Assembly: GCA_008690995.1 (NCBI GenBank)
Contig: VRMN01000001.1
Location: 868,001-932,000, forward strand
Direction: 5' to 3'
Source of the DNA: Porphyridium purpureum
Lineage: Eukaryota
Length of the DNA stretch: 64,000 bases
Both the position numbers and the translations under genes were made by a program. Below the pieces are notes generated by a model, which worked only from the letters and a program-made list of their open reading frames with translations, had not been told where the DNA came from and ran no database searches. Below are positions 57,936 through 64,000 of the stretch, in pieces; the stretch's first letter is position 1, and every line of letters starts with the position of its first letter.

Positions 57936-59408
57936 ATGGTGTGGTTTGTGGCCCGTAGGGCAGCGGTGTGCTCCGCTGATCGGGCGTTGCTGCGGTTGGA
58001 CTGGGCGTCGCTGGGCGCGTTTGGGCAGCACCTGCGCAAGTATTGTGCAGAGAGTGGCGCTGCTTCCTTGCATCAGCCGCCCGCGAACCTGGCCTCTGAA
58101 CTGCAGGAGATGTCGTCGGAGGGAGAGGAAACATCCGCGGGAGATAGAGGCAGAGGAACTGGGAAGCGCCGTCGGAAAAATCGTGGGCGAGGCGGAAAAG
58201 GAGGGATGGCGGCGAATGTAGCCGCGCCAGTCATGCCAATGTCACCGTTTCCTCCTGGTATTTTTCCCGGAGTGGCGGCAGGTCCGATTCCTGGTGCAGT
58301 CGCTCCTCCATTGACGGGCTCTGTACCGGCTGCTGTACCTGGCCAAGTAGGAGGTGTCGCCCCGGGCCAGATTCCAGGTCCCTTTCCTGGCCAAGCTTGG
58401 AGTCCATTTCCTCCCGGCTTCAATCCGTACGGTGCGATGCTTTACCCGTATCAAGGCTTTCCGAATCCTGGAATCGCTACCGGTGTACAAACTCAACCCA
58501 GCCAAGCTAATACCGGCCAGGCAAACACCGGCCGCGGAGACGCGCGCCGAAGACAGAAACGCAATGTCTCGCGGGACTCCGACGTGAAATGGCCCGGCTC
58601 TAACTATCGCGGGTCAAAGTTTGATCCAAATTACGTCGACCCTCGAAAGGCGAAGCAGCAAGCTGCGGCGGCGGCGGCGCATCCTGAGTCAGCAAACGTG
58701 GCGTCGAAAACAGAGGGGTTGACTGTCGCTTCGCCTCTGCCAATGCCATCCGTGCCAGGGAGCTTGAAGGTGGATTCGAAAGAGGCTGATGACAAAAAAG
58801 CCACACCATCGACTGCTGCTGATGTTGGCGACGATGGCGTTGGCGACGATGACGTTGGCGACGATGATGTCGTGGATCATGTCATGGAACTTGTCGAGAC
58901 CGCACGCTCCCGCGGATACGCCCCCCATCCGGAGGACAGGGCATTGTTTACCGTGGAGGCGCTTCAGGAGACAGTTAATGTGCGCGATTTTGTCTTGCAG
59001 CAGGCGGAGGAGAATGCATTCCTGCGGTTTTTCTTGGTCTCCCGTATTGGGGGCCTTGCGCACGTCGTGGATTGTTTGTCACATCCTTATTTGTACAAGA
59101 ACCTCGACCCGGAAACAGATCAACTTTCGTCCTTGTTCGACTTGGATGGTGAATCGCAGAAAAATGGGTTCGCGTCAGGCGAAAGCAACGCGGGAATGAG
59201 CAGCTCGGAGTGGGAACAAGGAGAAGGGCCAGAAACAAGCGAAGACGATGTTGGCCCGATCTCGTCGGACTCGGACAAGCAAGACAAGGTTAACGATAGT
59301 GATGATGATGATAATGATGATGATGACGACGACAACGAGGAAAGGGATAAAGATGAAGCCGGCAAGACCTCTACACCGGGCGAGACTCGTGACGTATCGG
59401 CGAAATAA
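57936..59408 (+). CDS. Hypothetical protein, paralog 1 of a tandem pair (Pro-rich region, shared domain, acidic tail)
   Basis: Long ORF whose ~77-aa block matches the next gene. Start could be 57936 (MVWFVARR) or 58110 (MSSEGEE). Confidence 0.78.
   Translation: MVWFVARRAAVCSADRALLRLDWASLGAFGQHLRKYCAESGAASLHQPPANLASELQEMSSEGEETSAGDRGRGTGKRRRKNRGRGGKGGMAANVAAPVMPMSPFPPGIFPGVAAGPIPGAVAPPLTGSVPAAVPGQVGGVAPGQIPGPFPGQAWSPFPPGFNPYGAMLYPYQGFPNPGIATGVQTQPSQANTGQANTGRGDARRRQKRNVSRDSDVKWPGSNYRGSKFDPNYVDPRKAKQQAAAAAAHPESANVASKTEGLTVASPLPMPSVPGSLKVDSKEADDKKATPSTAADVGDDGVGDDDVGDDDVVDHVMELVETARSRGYAPHPEDRALFTVEALQETVNVRDFVLQQAEENAFLRFFLVSRIGGLAHVVDCLSHPYLYKNLDPETDQLSSLFDLDGESQKNGFASGESNAGMSSSEWEQGEGPETSEDDVGPISSDSDKQDKVNDSDDDDNDDDDDDNEERDKDEAGKTSTPGETRDVSAK
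58821..58870 (+). repeat. Coding 15-nt-period repeat (GTTGGCGACGAT x3; DVGDDGVGDDDVGDDD)
   Basis: Seen directly. Confidence 0.85.
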
Positions 59409-59865
59409 GCCTGGACACTGGAATTCCGTGCTGAATTGGTGTCGTTTGGACTTCGGATGCGTGCGTTGACGCGTTGCCCCTTGTGTATCGAGTCATGGCT
59501 TTTAGTACAGCAGTAGACATTCCGAGTGTGCCGAGTGAAGGGAGATTCTGTCTGCCTTTTGGTTGATTTAAGCAGGCACGTAGCGTGGATTTCCGTCAAG
59601 ACACCCAGGTGGACCGTTAGAGTGCGTAAAAGCTTTCTCCGCCCTTCGCGCATTTTGGTACTGAATAAGATTTGTCTCCCTCCGTTTCTGAAAAAGCACA
59701 TCTGACGAATGCGCGCCACGACCACGTTCCTGCCTGCAGGATACATGCATGCCGCCAAATTGTCACAGCTTGTATAAAACAAAGAAAAGAAACATTCTGG
59801 CATTCCATTTACGGACACATTCAGATTGAGTGCCGCGATTGCGGGGCAGAAGGGTGGAGAGAACC

Positions 59866-60759
59866 ATGGGAATCATGGCTCCAGCGGTGGCGCGGAACTT
59901 GTATCGCCGAGCTGATTGCATGGGCGCCGCTTTTTTCGCGTTGGCTCGGGCATCGTCTTCTGTTGCCGCGCTCCTGCGATCGCAAACCGTGACGGCGGCT
60001 GTGCATAAAACCAGTAATGATAGCGGTTGGTACGCTTCGCCACGCCGTCAGCGAGTGCGTCGAGACGGAGCTGACTTGAGGATCAAGGCTTTTCATCATT
60101 GCGCGAGAGTTTCGCAAGGTTCAGAAGCCGACGGTAAATGGCAATTTTTGGACGAGCCCGCAGAAGTTCAACCTGAATCGCCGCCAAAGAAAGCAACCCC
60201 TGAGAATCGTGAAGGGCCTGGTCCCAAAAAGAAAGGAACAAAGTTTAATCCAAAGGCCGTCAACCCGCAACATGCCGCCCTGTGGAAAGCCGCACAGACC
60301 CAAGGCGACGAGGCGGGATCAGATAGCTCCCTTGCTTCGTGGAAGGATTCTTATGATTTCACCTACGTGAGCGAAGGCACAGATCGCGTCATGGAACTTA
60401 TCGAGGTCGCAAAAAAGCGTGGATACTCTCCGCATCCGAAAAGCAAGGAGTTCTTTATGGTGGGGTCACCGCAAAAGGCGGTTCGTGTGCGTGATTTTAT
60501 CCTAGAGGCTGCGGAGCAGGATCCGGATCTGAGTGAATTTTTGACATCCAAAATTGGAGGCATGGCACATCTTGTCGAATGCTTGTCCTTCACGTATCTG
60601 TACAAGGAGCTCCAAATAGCCGAATTCGAGCCAGAGGAGCCCGACGAGGAGTTTCCGGAAGGCCCAGGCTTAGGCTTTGGTTTGGATCCGGTAGAAGATG
60701 ACACGAACAAGGATCAAGAGAGCACGGAACATACATTCACAGTGATTGGCAGAAAATGA
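59866..60759 (+). CDS. Hypothetical protein, paralog 2 of a tandem pair, presequence-like N-terminus
   Basis: DRVMELIEVAKKRGYSPHP...VRVRDFILEAAE...FLTSKIGGMAHLVECLSFTYLYKEL matches the preceding gene. Confidence 0.8.
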   Translation: MGIMAPAVARNLYRRADCMGAAFFALARASSSVAALLRSQTVTAAVHKTSNDSGWYASPRRQRVRRDGADLRIKAFHHCARVSQGSEADGKWQFLDEPAEVQPESPPKKATPENREGPGPKKKGTKFNPKAVNPQHAALWKAAQTQGDEAGSDSSLASWKDSYDFTYVSEGTDRVMELIEVAKKRGYSPHPKSKEFFMVGSPQKAVRVRDFILEAAEQDPDLSEFLTSKIGGMAHLVECLSFTYLYKELQIAEFEPEEPDEEFPEGPGLGFGLDPVEDDTNKDQESTEHTFTVIGRK

Positions 60760-61306
60760 AAGATGATTGAAATTTGTTCAAACTGCAAACTTTCATGGCC
60801 GGTTGTAAAATCAGCTTTTGGCTAAAGTTAGGATGCTTGCAGTGAAAGAAGCATAAAGCCATCTGTACTAGAATATCTCCCTGCATACATGTGTCTTTCA
60901 GTTTTGCTGCTCCCAGGCGCACAGTCTGTGCGCGAAAGAGAATGCCTGGGTGCCTAAGGCACCGAAGGTTGCCCGCGTCCTCATACTTAGATCGTTCGTG
61001 CACGTCCCATCCGATAGCACCGCGCGGACACATGCCCAGGCCGTGTTTTTCATTTGCCCGTCAGCCGTCCTGGAACGCATGCTCTTTGGGAAACGACGCC
61101 ATTTTTCAGCGGAGGTCTGCATTGCTGTTCCGACAGCCATTGAACGACGCCGCCTACAAGACGCAGAACTGCACGACCCGCGTATCTCCCGTACCTGCGA
61201 TGCGCTGAGACTTGCTGAGGAGAAAGAAAAGAGGCACTCAAAAGAAAATGCAGAGCATGTCATCACCTCAGTCTCAAATGAGACTGCATTATAGAACACA
61301 TTTACA

Positions 61307-62914
61307 TCAAACAACTTCAATCTCTCCCCCCTCGGAATCGTCTTCTTGCTGCTCATCCTCTGCGAGATTCAGCGGGCTGTAGACCAGACGCGCGCTGCGT
61401 TGGTACCAAAACTCAAGACAGTTCCGCACGATGCCACGATCGGTGGGGTTTTGGAACCGACCCTCATGGTTCCAAAAATACTCATACCGTCGAGCATTCA
61501 CCTGTTCGTTTGTGGTCATCGATCGTGCTATCAGGTAAAGATGCTGCAAAAGCAGGGGAGCAACAGCGAGGGCAATAATGCTGTTCCAGCAAGCCCACAG
61601 TGAGACAACGGGGTGGCGAGAGAGAGAGACAGCAAATCCAGCAATTTGCTGCGTTTCACGCGCGACATAAGATAACACACGCAGGATAAAGATCACACAG
61701 CCAAGTACGATGGCCATGAGCAGCAAGAGGAACTCGCGGTGATTGCGTTCGCCAATACACCCGCCTGTGTAGGGGCAATGATGATCAAAGCGATGCACGC
61801 ACCGGTTGCACATGTTACAATGTTTTGACCGTTGCGGTCGATGATTCATGCACGTCCAGCAAACGCGGCCAGGCGGCACCTCTCTTATCAATTCTGTCTT
61901 GACGTATTCGGCTGATTTGGTAGGTACAAAACCAGGGTCGTCCAAAATAATATAACCTTGCAATGCCAGAATAATCGCGCCCACGGGCAGCAAAAGACGA
62001 CCGAAGACAGAGCCACCACCTTCTGCAAAGCCCATGAGCGTGCTCAGCAAAATATCCACGATCACGACTAGCGGAATCAGGAGGACAAGAACGTGAGGTG
62101 GACGCAACGAAAGCAGGCCCTCTTTGTGCTTCAGCACCACACGCTCGATTGCGCCAAGAGGGTAAGGTTCCGGCACCGCGTATGGCTGCGATTCCCACAG
62201 CTTCAACTTGCGCACGAACGACTCGCCAAGCTTCTCGCGCGCCACGGAGCACGGAGATCGGCCTTGTTCGTCCTCTGCTGAAATTGACGCGCCGTGTGAC
62301 ACAAGAGCTCTGGCAGATGGAATATGCTTTTCCGAAACCGCCAGTTGCAGCGGGGTGATCTTGTCCTTTGTCTTTTCGTTAACGTCAAGGCCATGTACGA
62401 GCACAAGATACTGGATGAGGCTCAGGTGGCCCTTGAAGGCGGCAAAGTGCAAAAGCGAGGAGCCACGGAAATCACGAGTGTTGACATCAGCGTTGTACTT
62501 CTCTATCATTATGTGTGCGAGATCCGTGAATCCATACTGAACCGCAAACATGAGTGACGAATACCCCATAACCGTCTCTTTTTGATTGACGTCTGCACCC
62601 CGTTCCAGCAGGGCCTCTGCGGCGCGTATCTCACCGCCATACGCCGCCCACATGAGCGCAGTTTGATCCTTTGTGGTCGCCTTCCATGACAAGGCGTGTA
62701 TAAGCATCGGATCCGCGCGCAGAAGCACATGGATCACCTCGACGCACCCGTTGACGGCGGCCCAATGCAAGGCCGTGTGGCCATCCGAGTCGCGCACCTC
62801 GCATAGCCACCCGGGCTGAACACGCGCTTGCCGCCCATTCAGCCACTCGCTCACCCGATCCACGCGCCCCCTGCGCGCCGCAAACACGAGCTCCACATTC
62901 TCTGCCGCCTCCAT
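61307..62914 (-). CDS. Ankyrin-repeat DHHC protein S-acyltransferase (Akr1/ZDHHC17/TIP1-like)
   Basis: Ankyrin repeats ([25 protein letters not shown]), [47 protein letters not shown] motif. Confidence 0.96.
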   Translation of the reverse strand: MEAAENVELVFAARRGRVDRVSEWLNGRQARVQPGWLCEVRDSDGHTALHWAAVNGCVEVIHVLLRADPMLIHALSWKATTKDQTALMWAAYGGEIRAAEALLERGADVNQKETVMGYSSLMFAVQYGFTDLAHIMIEKYNADVNTRDFRGSSLLHFAAFKGHLSLIQYLVLVHGLDVNEKTKDKITPLQLAVSEKHIPSARALVSHGASISAEDEQGRSPCSVAREKLGESFVRKLKLWESQPYAVPEPYPLGAIERVVLKHKEGLLSLRPPHVLVLLIPLVVIVDILLSTLMGFAEGGGSVFGRLLLPVGAIILALQGYIILDDPGFVPTKSAEYVKTELIREVPPGRVCWTCMNHRPQRSKHCNMCNRCVHRFDHHCPYTGGCIGERNHREFLLLLMAIVLGCVIFILRVLSYVARETQQIAGFAVSLSRHPVVSLWACWNSIIALAVAPLLLQHLYLIARSMTTNEQVNARRYEYFWNHEGRFQNPTDRGIVRNCLEFWYQRSARLVYSPLNLAEDEQQEDDSEGGEIEVV

Positions 62915-64000
62915 GTCCCAGCCCTTCCCCTGATTTATTGCAAAACCTCCTAACGCTCCTTCGTCGATCCCTCACCCAACCATCCAATACCCGGCTGATC
63001 AAATTTTTAACGCGCTTGCGACTGGCCCATTCAAGCTTTCCCTGGATATCCAAACTTCTCATCATCGAACTAAATATACGCGGCACTACCGTTCGGTGCA
63101 GTCGACGTCGCTCTGCCTGGAATCCATATACCATTCTCCAGAGCATCCATTTCGACTCTGGCTCCGACTGGAATGGGAGACATGCCATCGTCTCGTTCCT
63201 TGCCCAGCGCTTCCTTCAAAGCCCATCAGCCAACATGCACCAATGTCGCCCCGGCCGTTTCCTCGAATTTGTCTCCTGGCAATATACGGAGCTCGCAGAG
63301 CACGGAGTCACAAATTCTCGCCACGATAGGCGTCCCCACTCCAGGATTCCTGTAAAACAATGCACTGCGTTGCTTTTGGCCCAGATCGTCGCCGCGCCCG
63401 TGGGCCAACGTGAAAAGGTCCGTCAGCTTCAAACACCTAGCCCTTGACCTTTTCGGCACACAGCCAATTCAATGGCTATCTTCAATCCATGGTATTACCG
63501 GGCGCGAAGCTTGAACTCCTCAGTCTCACGTTTCCTCTCATCGCTGGCACTTTGCTTGATTAGCACAGCATCCATCTTCTATTCCCCTTCGGCAATGATA
63601 GAGCAGGCTATGTCTAGACACTCAGCAGACACATAGCTCCATTCTTGCAAGCGATTCCCGAAAGTGCAAACCGGCTCGTATCCAGGACGTAGTCTCCGTG
63701 CTTTGCAGACAAAGCTCGAGCCACATAGTACAGGTCACTCGCGCACGAATATTCAATCTCATTCACCTGCTGGTGAAGGCCGTGCAATGTTGCAGCGGAG
63801 GGCGGACATCCCAGCAGAATTTCACAGAACATGGTCAAAATCTCTTCGATCAGTGGGGAGGACGAAATTGTGACACAATCGTTTGCAGTGGAGCTGCGAA
63901 GCAATCTGTCAGCATCAAAGTAAATGTTTTGCTCAGCGATTCCCGGATGCCGTTGATATCACGTGGCAGTGCGCCGACAGGGAATACGCTCTCTCCGCCA

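Noticed and set aside
60891..61356. Three overlapping ~105-150-aa ORFs
   Set aside because: No homology cues, conflicting frames, located in a convergent 3' region.
62938..64000. Fragmentary ORFs at the right edge, possibly a pseudogene
   Set aside because: Short stop-interrupted frames with no identifiable family; cannot be supported.
1..64000. CRISPR arrays, transposons, rRNA/tRNA genes, operons
   Set aside because: I saw no repeat-spacer arrays, transposase/RT ORFs, LTRs/TIRs or structured RNA genes by eye; the gene content is eukaryotic housekeeping.

Overview
Gene-dense, almost intron-free eukaryotic nuclear DNA from a photosynthetic organism. It is most likely a unicellular red alga (Porphyridium-like, by inference): atpC is nucleus-encoded and lacks the green-lineage redox-Cys insert, and several genes start with MAAF/M..F-type plastid transit peptides. 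About 21 genes are supported. Recognisable ones: a partial membrane-anchored diflavin reductase missed by the ORF track, atpC, TOP3A, CRTISO, aldose 1-epimerase, RPL39, a USP36/42-like DUB, ThiO, plastid LepA, Rab GDI, a ~4960-aa single-ORF VPS13, DEPDC5/Iml1, a HOL-type thiol/halide methyltransferase, NAXD, type II DHQ synthase and an ankyrin-DHHC palmitoyltransferase. Highlights: (i) two SSRP1/Pob3 (FACT) middle-domain paralogs whose N-termini look like mitochondrial presequences, near a second tandem pair sharing an unrecognised ~77-aa domain, also with presequence-like N-termini; (ii) VPS13 ending in an aegerolysin/Cry34-like beta-sandwich plus a UBA-like domain; (iii) a degenerate FH2-only formin-like protein; (iv) a hidden two-exon BRK1/HSPC300-like gene; (v) a paired GTACAG(T)/(A)CTGTAC motif in many upstream regions. 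All family calls come from motif recognition by eye; no database searches were run.
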